The notes beneath the pieces are model-generated. The model was given only the letters and a program-made list of their open reading frames with translations, had not been told where the DNA came from and made no database searches. From positions 28,296,905-28,360,904 of the forward strand of contig JARFYF010000056.1 of the NCBI GenBank assembly GCA_030265395.1: a DNA stretch of 64,000 bases, read 5' to 3'. Positions within the stretch are counted from its first letter, which is position 1. Every line of letters begins with the position of its first letter. This document shows positions 11,840 to 24,485 of the stretch, piece by piece. The translations under genes and the position numbers were made by a program. This DNA is from Rhina ancylostomus (Eukaryota).

Positions 11840-12480
11840 TGAAAACCTTGATTATATAGGCCTCCACTGCCATGTCAGGCAATGCATTCCAAACGCTGAA
11901 CACTCACTGTGTAACAAAGATTCTCCTCAGGTCATGCTTTTGTTTGCCAATTTTAAATCAATATCCATCAACAACAGTTTGAGTACTCAACACAACACTG
12001 CTTTTTTTAAGCACCTCTAACATCTCCTCCCAGCTCTTTGCTCTGAAGGAATAATCCCAGCTTCTTCCATTCCCCATAACATCACTTCCTCAACCCTTCC
12101 CAGTGCCACAACCAGAGCTGGATGCTATGTTGCCGTTGTGGGTAAATTAATTTTTTATGAAAGTTCATCATAAACATCTCATTTTTTTTAAACTTTAAGA
12201 AGCCATTTTTAAAAATTGCTTTCTTAACCTGTCCTTCCACCTTTGAAGACTTAGGCAGCCAAGTCTCTATTCCTGCACTCCCTTTGAAATAGTACTTTTA
12301 TATTACCCATCCTCAATCTACAAAACATCACCAGTTCACACTTTTCTGCATTAAATTTCAATTCCAATACATCTGCCATTCCATTAACTAATCTATATCC
12401 TCAAAATCCTCACCCTCCTCCTCACTGTTTATTAGAGTTTTTATATCATCTACAAATTTTGAGGTTACCCCATTGCCCTC
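11840..12480 (-). mobile_element. Old CR1-like LINE fragment
   Basis: Degenerate RT C-terminal motifs (tggcagatgtattggaattgaaatttaatgcagaaaagtgtgaactggtg). Confidence 0.5.
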
Positions 12481-13136
12481 ATCAACCCTCTGATACTTCA
12501 AAAAAAATACTTTTGTTAAACACTATTTTCTTTTTACAAATCTGTGATGGCTTCCATTAATTAGCTCATAATCAATTCAAGTGGCTATTAATTGTGTCCT
12601 GGATTTTTTTTTCCTTAAATACCTCCCTATCAACAAACAAACTTCCCACAGATGCTGCCTGACCTGCTGAGTGTTTCTGGGTTTGATAAGTTTTTTAAAA
12701 TTGTGCTCCAGTTGATTTGCCCCTTCCTTCAACTTTAGAAGTTTTGGATAGATTCCATCGGATGTTTTGACATCTACTTCAAATCCAGCCAGCCTTTTCA
12801 GTGCCATCTCTTCTTTTTAGTCCAACCAGTCACTCAATTACCCTCTTTTACCACTGCAGCAGCATCTCCCTTGCATTAAAAAAGATGCAAGGTACTCGCT
12901 TAGTTCCTCTGCTTCTGTAGAGGAGTCTCCATTTTGTTCCCCAAGCTGTCCTCCTTACTCCCCATTTACTATTTGGATATCTATAGTAGACTTTTGGGAT
13001 TACCTTTTGTTAGCTGCCATCACTTGTCACCTCTTTGCCCTCAATTCCTTATTTCACTACCTTGTCTCGTTTTGTCTTTTCAGCTGGGCACTCACTTGAA
13101 CCGACACTGACCACAGGCCCCCGATGTGCTACTAAC

Positions 13137-13999
13137 CTGGAAGACTTTGTCAAGGAGACAGATTTAGGTTCTGGAACTGCTTTCTCAGTATCGGAGCCAC
13201 GTTCTGCCACATGCAACGCATCGTGCTCCGAAGAAGCCTGGCTTGATTGAGATTGAGGTGCCGAACCTTTTGGGATTTCAGGGCTCCCTTTGCTCCCATT
13301 AAGTGCTGGGACTATCCCTTGGAGGGTCTCTGAAGGCTCAGCAACTTCCTGGACTTCAGAGATGCTGTTGCTGTGTGTCTGAGGTTTCTCTTCCTGTCTT
13401 TCACCGGTTGTTGACCTGTTTGGAAGCGAATCCCTGTCCAATTCGCTGTGCTGCACTTCACTCACATGGTCACATTTCCTCTCTGGTGTCCTTTCATCCT
13501 CTTGGACCTCTGCACCTTGAAGAGATCTTTCACTGCCAGGGAGATCTGCTGGGTCAGGTGGAGGTGCTAACACTTCTTTCTCACCTTCTTCACCCATCCA
13601 TTTCTCCATGTGTCCTTGGTTGTTCCCCAGATCCTCTCCTGCAGGGGGATTCAGTGAAAGAGCAGGAATATTTGGAGCACGAGTCAAAGGTGTCTCTGGC
13701 TGCTCCAACTCGGGTGCTTTTGAATCCTGGGCATCAGCTTGATCTTCTTCGTGCTCGACGGCCACAGGTGGGTAGCTGGATGATAAAGTCACCTCACTTA
13801 ACTGACCTGTTTCTGGTGCTGTGGGACCCTCTTCGTGCACGGCTCCACTCACTCCTTCAGCAGTGTCAGTATCAACCTTAACATTCTGACTCTTGACTGG
13901 AGGAGCTGCCTTCTCTTCAGTCTCGCCCTCAGATTCTTCATCCTCATCGTCACTTCTTGTGTGGGGTTGGTCTTGGCACAAGAGCTGGAGGGTAACTGC
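13137..13999 (-). CDS. FKBP15: FKBP15 large low-complexity acidic exon (AVTLQLLCQDQ...SVSLTKSS)
   Basis: ccccaacag acceptor; the CAG/gttagt donor at phase 2 fits the next exon; overlaps ORF 13049-13981. Confidence 0.88.
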
Positions 14000-15869
14000 C
14001 TGTTGGGGAAGAGGAAGAAAAAAAAAGTCTGTAAAACTAACACCATGGCAATTCGGGTCCCCTCAGGGACCTACAAGATGCTGTCTGATGTGGATCTAAT
14101 CCAGACAAGTTTTNNNNNNNNNNAGTTTTAAAGTACCGACCTCTGCTGAATTAATACATGTAGATGGCTCTAGAGATGAGACTCGATCACAATGATCCTG
14201 GGTTGAATTCCTTGCCAACACACTATCTTGGCTCCTTTAAGAATAACCATGGGTTTGAAGGGGTGAAGGAAATAAAAGGGCCCACAGTTGTCGATATCAG
14301 TCCAATAACCTGTGCATTTCCGGAGGCTGATGAGGACAGCAGAAGGTTTAACTGAATGCCTCAGCCTGTCAGCATTGTCACACCTCCTAGTTAATGGCCT
14401 ATTTTATGGCTCTTTGGGCCAGTCCCAGAACAAGTCATACTTTCCTCTTGGAAGGAGGCATGCTTATTCATTCATTCTAAATATCATGGGTCACTTCACT
14501 TGTGTGGGGATATAACAGATCTCTCTAAAATAATGAAACTGGGTGGGTGTGTAGTAGCACCCTTTCCAATAATCAATGGAAACATCAAGGAACCAAAAAT
14601 ACCAGACTAAATGCCAGATTTGGAACAGAGAGAAGGAGACATTTCTTCAGGGTTAATGGCAGAAGCAAAATTATGTCAAGATTCAAGATTACTGTGGAGG
14701 GGTCAACGAGGAAAAGTATCTAAAGGGATGCAGGAAATGGGGTCTGATCTTTCAGTTCAAGTTCAGGGTAAATACCACCACATATCTGGGTGGAGTCTGT
14801 AGTCTTCATGTTGCAATTTTAAGTTTTTTTTAAATCTTAAAATACAGTTGCTTAAAAGATTCCAGGACTTTCGATCCTCTATAAGCCCCTGAAGTCTATT
14901 ATTGATTTCTATGCTCGAGGATGAATTTCCTAACATGAATCCTGAATATAATATTTATAGTTTGAACCTGCATCATCACATAAATTTAAGACTCTGCCCA
15001 GACAACTGCACAGAAGATTGAGTAACATCGCCGTCAATTATGCAGAGCAGAAGTGACCACAATTGATTTTCTACAAGAAACTAACAGGCAACCACTTCTA
15101 CTGTCTGCATTTTACTGGAGAAATTAGTTTCTTAAATTCAGTTTCTCCCCCTTCTTGCCCACCCCACTGACTGTGACAGTATAGTCAATTCAATGGACTT
15201 CCATTCCTTTAACCACATTACACTTCTGCAACCACCTTCAAGTTTGTAAAGCACATCTCTAATGTCTCTTTGGTAATGTGATGCCTGATATAGGGGTGCC
15301 AACACTGTACTTCAACAATAATTGACAGTTTATTGCTAGGGTCAATTTGTTTTGTCTGAAAAGATTAGAGCAATCCTGTTCCAAAGTATGCTTCAATTAA
15401 TTTGGACTCCATTTCAGATGGAGAATAACTTCCCAGAAGTTGCAAATCCTTGAATTTTTCTACCCCAGGGAGTGGTGGAGCTTGATTCACTGAATACATT
15501 TGAAGCTGGGATGGACAGATTTTTGGACTACAAGTGTAATGGAGAACAGGCAAGAAAGTGGAGCTGAGGCAATGATCAGATCAGCCAGATTCTTACTGAA
15601 TGATGGAGAGGGGGGGAGAAAAAGGCCATTAGGTTACTCCAGCACTGATTTCTTACGTTTTTTTTGTGTCAGTCAACAGAAATTAATAAAGTACCCAAGG
15701 TCTTTGTAATGACAGCTGTGTCTTTCTCGCTCGCTCTCCCTCCGACTTGCACTATTGGCAATGATTTTTAACGGCAGGTTTGCTTTGACTGCTACTCTGC
15801 ATTGCCATGAATCTATTAAAGAATCTGGGGCTCTTTCAGTTTCATTGTTGTCTGTTTCACCAACAAGCT

Positions 15870-16020
15870 TACTTTCTCCCATGTGCAGTACTTTAATCTT
15901 CTCAGTGTTAAGTTTCACTGGCTGCATTCAGCTTGTTTGGTCGAGTTCATTGTACAATTTACAAGCCAACTCTTCCAATTCTGCTATCAGTGCTATTTTG
16001 GTATCACTGGCAAAACTGGC
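15870..16020 (-). mobile_element. CR1-like RT fragment
   Basis: Translates FASDTKI...*MQPVKLNTEKIKVLHMG, resembling the FADDTK...FN.EKCKVLH.G motif. Confidence 0.6.
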
Positions 16021-16021
16021 A

Positions 16022-16305
16022 GGCACAGTAGTGTAGTGGTAAGCGTAACACTATTACAGAGCCAGTGACCCGGGTTCAATTCTGGCTGCTGTCCGTAAGG
16101 AATTTGTATGTTCTCCCCGTGTCTGCGTGGGTTTCCTCCGATTTCTTCTCACATTCCAAAGACATACGGGTTAGAAAGTTGTGGGCATGCTATGTTGGTG
16201 CTGGAAGTGTGGCGACACTTGCGGGCTGCCCCCAGAATACTCTACGCATGAAGGTGCATTTCACTGCATGTTTCAATGTACATGTGACTAAAGATATCTT
16301 ATCTA
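16022..16305 (+). mobile_element. tRNA-derived V-SINE
   Basis: Gap-free copy of the 2361 family; aaaactg on both flanks is a possible TSD. Confidence 0.88.
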
Positions 16306-17004
16306 AAAAAAAACTGACTAATTGGGTTTCTCAGTCTAGATCATAAGGGTAACTTAAAAACTTCATTATCCAGTACTTGCCTCACTGGGTAAAGTTCGAA
16401 TGCAACATCATCAACCTGAAACGTTAACCGTTTCCCTTTGCAGATGCTGCCTGACCCATAAATGCTTCCAATATTTGGAGTTTTTATTTCAGATTTCCAG
16501 TGGCTACATTTTGCTTCCATAAACTGGAATAAACACCATTTTCCACCCTTCAGCCAAATTGTTATCCATTCCCTGGGATTACCCTGAACCGCAGCCGCTT
16601 TGAATTTGGGTAATAGGCCTTGATATAGCATTCCTATCAACCTTTTGGAAATTCGAACATTATACTTCCACTCCTGTCACTTGAGCACTTTGTTTTGCAC
16701 TACAGTTTGCACTCCTGGACTTTGCACCATCCTGTTGCTTTGTGTTTGTCGCTGTATTTAGTGTATGTATTATTATCATGTGTACTGTTTACTCTGAGCT
16801 TCATGCCAACATGCACCCTAGTGTATATGACAATAAAATAATCTAACTAATCTAAATCTAACTACCTAAATGTGCTTACACATGATAATTGGCTCATGAA
16901 CTGAGATAAGGGTGGGGAATCTCCTGTCAATACAGTAAGTTACGGTAGCATTGTCCAGAGGGCTGGACGTTTGATCCAGTGACATCAGTTGAATCACCAG
17001 TATT

Positions 17005-17130
17005 CTGAAGAAGGGTCCTAACCTGAAACATTGACCACCTACTTTTCTCCATGGGTGCTGCCTGGCCTGCTGAGTTCCTCCAGGATCATCATGCTTTTCA
17101 TCTAGATTCCAGCATCTGCAGTCCTTTGTT
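17005..17130 (+). mobile_element. Short Penelope-like terminal fragment with hammerhead-like core
   Basis: CTGAAGA-agggtcctaacct-GAAAC, then tgctgcctggcctgctgagttcctccag; 15-bp flanking direct repeats. Confidence 0.6.
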
Positions 17131-18619
17131 TCACCAGTATTCTGACTCTGTTTTGAATCCCTGAGATGGATGGAGAGGAATACTCCTTCACTGCATCTGT
17201 GTTTATCTTTACTGCCCCTCCCAGATTATGTGACAGCCAGGGCTGATAGGGATGAGCAAGGAAGCATTTACTCCTGACAGAGATGGTTGTCCACCAGTCT
17301 TTTGTGCTCCTCAGTTTTGAATGTATGAGCTCCAATTCGTTGGCCTGGCTCCCATGTATGGAGTCATCACTCATTGTAATCCCACATCTGTAATTGGACA
17401 GATGGGATGGGCCAATCTCAGTGACCTGAAGCATCTTGAACTCTGTTGACGTGGCCTCATCAGTGGCAAGACCTGTGGTGGTGCAGTGAGAAAGCCCTGC
17501 CCTTGAAATGCTCCTGAAAGGTTTGACAGCCAGCAAAGTCCTGCCCCCAACGTTCCCAGCTGTTGAAGCTTCATGTGAAATTGAATGATAGTATTGAGGA
17601 ATTCAGAAAATTGAAAAATTAAAAGCTATTTAAAAAATGAAAGTATTAGCTAAAACACCAAAAACATAATTAAAAACATCAAAGTGAAATAACTTAAAAA
17701 AAAACTTCCCATCTATCCCCTAAGTCTTTGCCCTACAATCCTTTTGAATTTAGTGAGGTTTTGGATCCCAGCAACACTGAGAAGACTGACAAATTTGCCC
17801 TTTTAGAATTGTTGGTAAGTTCGTCACTGGAGGGATACGAACTGACCTCTGGATCAATAGTCCAGTCCTCTACCTACTCATCAAGTAGCTTTACCACCAC
17901 TGTGGTACCAAAACTGTGCACCACATTTTATTGGAATGGACCTTCCTCTTCCTGGAGACACAAGAGATGGCAGATGCTGGATCTGGAGCAACACACAAAG
18001 TGCTGGAGGAACTCAGTGGATCAGGCAACATCTATGGCGATTCGTGCACAGGATCACAAGAGGCTTCAGAGGGTTGTAGACTCAGCCAGCTCCATCACGG
18101 GCACAACAAATTTCACGTCATTTAAGTCAATGCTAATAAACCTGATTCTGAAATGAACCGTTGATGACACGTCCCATCACTACTGATGGTTGACCACAGA
18201 CTCATTGTGGCAGTGGATAGCCACATTGGATTTTTCCTGTTTTTTTTTAAATTGGACAACTTCACGTAGCGATGGGTTCATGTTATTCTTGCAACTAGAG
18301 GAACAGCTCGGGTAGAGGTGCAGCTGCTTCTGGAGTGCAGGTCTTCAGTGTTACAGCTGGGATGTTGTCCAGTTTGGGAAGTACTGTTCAGGGATCTTGG
18401 GCGAGTAACTGCAGTACATTTTGTAGGTGACACCTATTGCAGCCATTATGCACCTATGGTGGAAGGAATAAGTGTTTAAGGTGGTGGATGGGGAGCCCAT
18501 TAAGTGGTCAGCTCTGTCCTGCATGGTGTTGAGCCTCTTGAGGGTTGTTGGAATTGCACTCATCGAGGCAAGTGTAGAGTATTCCAGCATATCCCTCATC
18601 TGTGCCTTGTGGGTGGTCT

Positions 18620-18931
18620 TTCCCACTCTGTCTGCCTCCAGCTATCATTCACCTCCACCGTCTTCCAACTCCACCCACGATCACTTCCCTTATCTGGAAC
18701 TACCTGCTTGTCATCTTACACCCCTCCTTGGTCCCCCAATTGCCTCGAAATCCTTTACCGCCACTCTCCTTCTCTTTATACCGGCTGCCTCTCCTCTCAG
18801 TCCTGATGCAGGGTTTTGACCCTAAACACCAACAATTCCTTTCCTCCCACAGATGCTGCTCGACCCACTAATTTCCTCCAGCAGATTATTTGTTGCTCCA
18901 TATTCCAGTATCTGCAGTCTCTTACATCTCC
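18620..18931 (+). mobile_element. Penelope-like terminal repeat fragment with degenerate hammerhead core
   Basis: Pyrimidine-rich lead-in, cagtc-CTGATGC-agggttttgaccct-AAAC, then cagatgctgctcgaccc; inverted partner at 17954-18035. Confidence 0.55.
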
Positions 18932-19354
18932 GTTGTCCAGTCTCAGCCTTTGCTGTATCCATTCTTTGATTCCCACTGGAACTGAATTGCCTGAAGACCA
19001 GCTTGTGTGATGGTGGGGATCTCGAAGCCAAGGTGGATCATCTTCTTGGCACTTCTGCCTGATTGTGAATGCTTCAGCTTTGTCTTCAGCTCCCCCACGC
19101 TGGGCCCCATAATTGTGAAGAGTGGCTTTGTGCTTGGTTGCTTGGTACCCCCTCCTGCTGTTAGCTGTTGAATCGTCCACCACCATTCACAACTAGATTT
19201 GGTGGGACCACAGACCTTTCTTTGGATCTATTCATTGTAAATCCTTAGCTCCATCTAATGCACGTGTTTTTTTTGCAGTCTAGCCCACTGTGCTGCAACT
19301 GTATCAGGCTGATACCTTCACGAGCATTAGTAGAAGTGACCACAGCAAAATTAG

Positions 19355-19666
19355 CCAGAGACCTGGGTTCAATCCTGACCTTGGCTGCTTTCTGTGTGGA
19401 GTTTTCACATTCTCCCTGTGGTCATGTGGGTTTTATCCAGGTGCTCAGCTTACTTCCCACATCCCAAAGATGTGCAGGTTGGTAGATTAATTGGCCACTG
19501 TAAATTGTCCCTAGTGTGTAGGTGAGTGGTAGAATCTGAAGGGAATGATGGGAATGTGGAGAGAATAACATAGAAATGATGTCGGGTTAGTGTTAATGGG
19601 TGGTTGATGGTTGGCATGGATTCAGTGGGCTGAAGGGTCTGTATCCCTGCTGTATTTCTCTGTGAC
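19355..19666 (+). mobile_element. HE1-type V-SINE with CR1-like tail
   Basis: B box ggttcaatcct, V-domain, gtaaattgtccctagtgtg, tail gggctgaagggtctgtatccctgctgtat. Confidence 0.8.
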
Positions 19667-20052
19667 ACTAATCCTTCTGGAGACAAAGCCCCATTTTCAT
19701 AACAAGGTTACAGTCACACAAAATCAGATGTAGCAGCTGAAAAGTGGGTGTCCCTGAAGCACCCAGCTTATTGTCAAGCCACAACCTGGTGTAAGGAGCC
19801 TGCACCTCAGGAGTAGCTTTCCTTACTGTTTCTTCCCACAGGATAGACATCACAGGGGCCTTGATGGAAACAGTTACTAATGCTGGAGACCCACACCGGA
19901 ATTATCAAAGGAGTCGGATGATGATGTAAAGGGAATTGCTGCTCTCCTGCTTACAACACAGCATCGTTTCACAAATGCACTGAAGGTTTTTTTTTCTGTT
20001 TCATTAAAATTTCCTACACGTAACACTCAGAATCTGCATTCTGAGATGCAAA

Positions 20053-20228
20053 GGGCAGGCACGGTAGTGTAGCAGTTAGCTTAACTCTTTACAGCATCAG
20101 TGACCCAGGTTCAATTCCAGCCGCTGTCTAAGGAGTTTGTACATTCTCCCTGTGTCTGCGTGGGTTTCCTCCGGGTGCTCCAGTTTCCTCCCACGTTCCA
20201 AAGACGTACGGGTTAGGAAGTTGTGGGC
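20053..20228 (+). mobile_element. tRNA-derived V-SINE (3' part in gap)
   Basis: Same family as 2361 and 16022. Confidence 0.85.
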
Positions 20229-20869
20229 NNNNNNNNNNNNNNNNNNNNNNNNNNNNNNNNNNNNNNNNNNNNNNNNNNNNNNNNNNNNNNNNNNNNNNNN
20301 NNNNNNNNNNNNNNNNNNNNNNNNNNNNCACCTTACTGTATATGACAACAAAACTGATCCGAATAATCGGAATCTGGATAGGGCTTTGCACTGTTTCCTT
20401 CAGGAGCCAATTCCTCATGCATTTTAATCAGGCCATTCATGGGTGCTGACTGTAGTTTAGTAGACTTTTAGTAAAATTAAATTTACTTCCCCACAAAAAT
20501 TCTAATTCCTCATTTGACATATTTTTGATCTTTCTTATATATATCAGCTTCTCAATGGTACTTTGTGCCAGCCCAGAATGAGAAAGTAGTGCTCATCATA
20601 AGTACGTTGATGTTGAGATACATAGATGGACTATCTATGGCTGTGTGAGGTCAGAGAAACAGCACAGAATCAGGATGACTGTCAACCACCATATAGTATC
20701 TACTCATCCTACGTTAACCCAACTTTTTATTCTCCCCATGTTACCATCATTTTCCAGTAGAAGTGCAGGAACAGCAGAGAGCTGAAAAGCCTGTAGAGAA
20801 GTATTGTATTCTCAACTTCTGACCTCTTGGGCACCCCACATTCCCTTCTCCTGACTTTTGGGCAAAAGC

Positions 20870-21150
20870 TACAAACGCTTGAAACCACGGACTACTGGGC
20901 TCAAGGACACCTTCTACCCAACTCTTAGAAGGCTATTGAATGGACCTCTTGTACGGTAAAAGAACTCTTGACCTCACAATCTAACTAGTCGTGGCCCATG
21001 CACCTTATTGTCTACCTGCACTTTCTCTGCATTCTGTTATTGCTTTTCCCTTGTACTACCTCAACGTACTTGTGTTTTGAAATGATGGCACGTAAAACCA
21101 AGTTTTTCACTGAATCTCAGTACATGTGACAATAATAAACCAATTCCAAT
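20870..21150 (+). mobile_element. Rex1/Babar-like LINE 3' end
   Basis: Encodes TTGLKDTFYPTLRRLLN-like C-terminus, followed by a UTR ending gtacatgtgacaataataaacc. Confidence 0.55.
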
Positions 21151-21429
21151 AACAGTATCAAATTTTGTCTCAAACACCAGGGGATATTAATGATGCTGTG
21201 CAAATGCATATTGTGCAGAAATAAATGGACCAAGCTTGCCCTTGCCATAGGAGGTACAACAACCTGGGTCATATGGGAACTGATGTATCAGCTCTATTTG
21301 CAGATGACATTGATTTTGTAATACAAGGGGAGCAAGTCAAGGAAAGGATTACACCAGACTCCATTATCAAGACTGGTGCATAGGCACAGGCATGTGCCTG
21401 TCAGGCATGCAGCCAGCTGAAGTCTATAC

Positions 21430-21537
21430 CTTGATGGTGTTCAAGATGATGCCGAGGACTGATCTTCCACTGTACATTTCATCAAGGTCAAACTCTCTGC
21501 GGACCGACTGAAACACGCCATTCATGATTTTCTTCAC
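21430..21537 (-). CDS. FKBP15: FKBP15 exon (VKKIMNGVFQSVRREFDLDEMYSGRSVLGIILNTIK)
   Basis: 108 nt, GT-AG, strongly conserved peptide. Confidence 0.95.
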
Positions 21538-22602
21538 CTACAGGAAGATTTATCATCCGTTACACAGGTAATGAGTCTGATTTTGCAAGACAATGAAAGA
21601 ATCAACGCGAAGGTGATATTTCCATTAATGCTGCTGAATGTCCCCATGAAGCATTCTCAGGTGAAAACCCTTTTGGAAGATCCCAAAATAAAAGCTTCAA
21701 CTCAAGCTCAGAAGAGCAACTGTCAACACAGGGCTGTGTGGTGCTCACTGCAGCTCGCCGACAAGTTTAGTCATAGAGACTTGCAAGCAGGGAGATCATG
21801 GTTGTCTGCTACTCATTACAACACGGAAACATTTCCAAAANNNNNNNNNNNNNNNNNNNNNNNNNNNNNNNNNNNNNNNNNNNNNNNNNNNNNNNNNNNN
21901 NNNNNNNNNNNNNNNNNNNNNNNNNNNNNNNNNNNNNNNNNNNNNNNNNNNNNNNNNNNNNNNNNNNNNNNNNNNNNNNNNNNNNNNNNNNNNNNNNNNN
22001 NNNNNNNNNNNNNNNNNNNNNNNNNNNNNNNNNNNNNNNNNNNNNNNNNNNNNNNNNNNNNNNNNNNNNNNNNNNNNNNNNNNNNNNNNNNNNNNNNNNN
22101 NNNNNNNNNNNNNNNNNNNNNNNNNNNNNNNNNNNNNNNNNNNNNNNNNNNNNNNNNNNNNNNNNNNNNNNNNNNNNNNNNNNNNNNNNNNNNNNNNNNN
22201 NNNNNNNNNNNNNNNNNNNNNNNNNNNNNNNNNNNNNNNNNNAGAGCTCAGCATAATCCACCAGATATTCATCTTTAAACTCTGGATCCCTGAGCAACAG
22301 CACTGTGGAACACCACAGACCCTCCTTTGTCACCAAATATTTCAAATCTCAGTGACAAAATACATTGCGCATTTTGATCCAGGAGGATTAAAATGACCAA
22401 ACACAGGCTCCTTTCAGGCACCCTCTAGTGGCTGGCGACTAAATAACACGCTGGGAATTTGGCTCAGATCGACGCAGAGGAAGGCAACAAGCAAAATTAA
22501 AATACTATTTAAAAAAATCTAGCAAAAGTTGGCAAAAATCTAAATTAATCCACAGGTGTACTTAGAAACACGATGTTGGCACTGCTGGTTTACTGTCCAT
22601 AC

Positions 22603-22725
22603 CTCCTCAGCGGTGTTGTCTGGACGAAGTGCTTCATTAGCCACAGGGGCTTGCTGTTGAAGTTCCTGAATGCGCCCTTCATAGTATTCCTTCATTGCAA
22701 CAGCTCTTTTCTCCAAGGATGAATA
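22603..22725 (-). CDS. FKBP15: FKBP15 exon (YSSLEKRAVAMKEYYEGRIQELQQQAPVANEALRPDNTAEE)
   Basis: ttttacag acceptor, gtatgg donor, 123 nt, phase 0-0. Confidence 0.88.
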
Positions 22726-24019
22726 CTGTAAAATACAGAGACAGCACTCAAGAATGCATGTGATCAAAAGCGTCTCTGCCACAACAGTTGGCTGTAGGGC
22801 ACACTTGTACCGAGATGTCACTTAGACAGGAAACCGTACCCAAAGGGACTGATTTAAGAGACGAGACTCTGGAGCAGAGTGCAGTCCTTAGGCTAATCAT
22901 TCAGAGTGAGTTTCAGTCTCGTTTCAGACAAATGGCTTTTCAGCTGATCACAACAGTCAATCTTCCTGGTCTTAATGCTATAATGTTAGTCAATGACCTT
23001 GACTCTATGATCTCATTATTAGTTCTTTGGATGCAAAACTACTGCTTGTTTGCCCAAATAAGTTACGGTATTGCAAAAGCAATTCTTTGTAAGGTTGTGA
23101 TTGCTGATTAGATGTAATATTTCTTGCACTGTTTCTCTACTGAGTACACGTCTCACAACACTTAAGTGTGGCAGGGGAGGTGAGGGGAGGAGGGAGTAGG
23201 GAAAATAGCCAGAGGGGTAGAATCCACTTCGGCTCTGTTGTGCACCATTACAGTACAAATACTGCAGGCAAACACACTGCATTAACAGTGAAAGCGCTCA
23301 CTCATTCTCAAATGACTTAAAAAGGTTATCCAATCATTGCTGTTAATTAAAACAAATTTACATTAGTATAGTACCTTTAATATAGTAAACAGTCTCAAGG
23401 TGATTCAGAAGATCATTATCAAACAAAATGTTGCACTGAGACATACGAGGAGATATAGCAGCTTAGTGAGGAAACGGCAGAGCATGGGGCCTGGTCAGCA
23501 TGGCCACAAATTCAAGGGAAGCTACCAACACAGCCATATAGAAACTCAGGGGAGTGCAATAGGTTGGAAATGGAGGAGGACAAAGATACTGCAGAGCTGA
23601 AGGAGGAACAATGATGGAGAGGGGTGAACCCATAGAGGGATCTTAAGTGACTGGTAAGATGGGAGCCAGCACAAACAGAAAACATTGGGGTTTTGTATAT
23701 TGGTACCTGGTGGATAAACAGATATGTCAGAATTCCACATTATTCAGATCGGAAGATGGGACTGGGTTGGTACAATCAAGTCTAGAAACTCAAATAACAT
23801 GGGGTTGAGCAGAAGGTGAATTGATAGGAGGGAAATCAGGCAATATTAGTGAAGCACAATTGGAAGCTCACCTTGGTTCACAAACTACACTGGAGGTTAT
23901 ATGAGGTGGCTCAACGCAAGACATTTGCCAGCAAGATGAATTTTGAGGCCAATGTTGAGTCAGTTCAGGTCAGAAGCTGAGTGTCTAGTGCCATCTGACT
24001 CACCCAAAAGCCTTTTCAC

Positions 24020-24485
24020 CAACAATGCTCAAGAAGTTTGATAACATCCAGGACAAAGTAACCCAGCTGACCGGCACCCACCAACTAACCGAAACATCGC
24101 CTCCCTCTACCATCACTGCACAGTGGCTGCGGTGTGCACCAGCAACAAAATGAATGCAGTTACTTGCTGAGGCTACTCCAACAGAACCTACCAAACCTGC
24201 GACCTCTACCGCAAAGGACAAGGGCAGCAGGTTCATGGAACACCAGCACCTGCGGGTCCCTCTTCAAATCACACAACATCCTGACTTGGAAATACACGGC
24301 CAGTCCTTCATCTCTGGGTCTAAATCTGAGAACTTCCTGCCCCACAGTATCCTGGATGCACACCTTCACCAGAAATGCAACGGCAGTTCGATAAAGAGGC
24401 TCGTCACCATCTTCTCAAGGGTGGTTAGGGAGAGCCACAAACGCTGGGCTTGCTCGTAATAACCCAGATCCTGAAAATGAATATT
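24020..24485 (+). mobile_element. CR1-like LINE 3' fragment (second family)
   Basis: catccaggacaaag...catcctgacttggaaata...caccatcttctcaaggg tail; related copies near 38950-39360, 44290-45960, 52450-53270 and 56030-56850. Confidence 0.65.

Noticed and set aside
13303-13881. 192-aa + strand ORF
   Set aside because: Antisense shadow of the large FKBP15 exon; no recognisable domain
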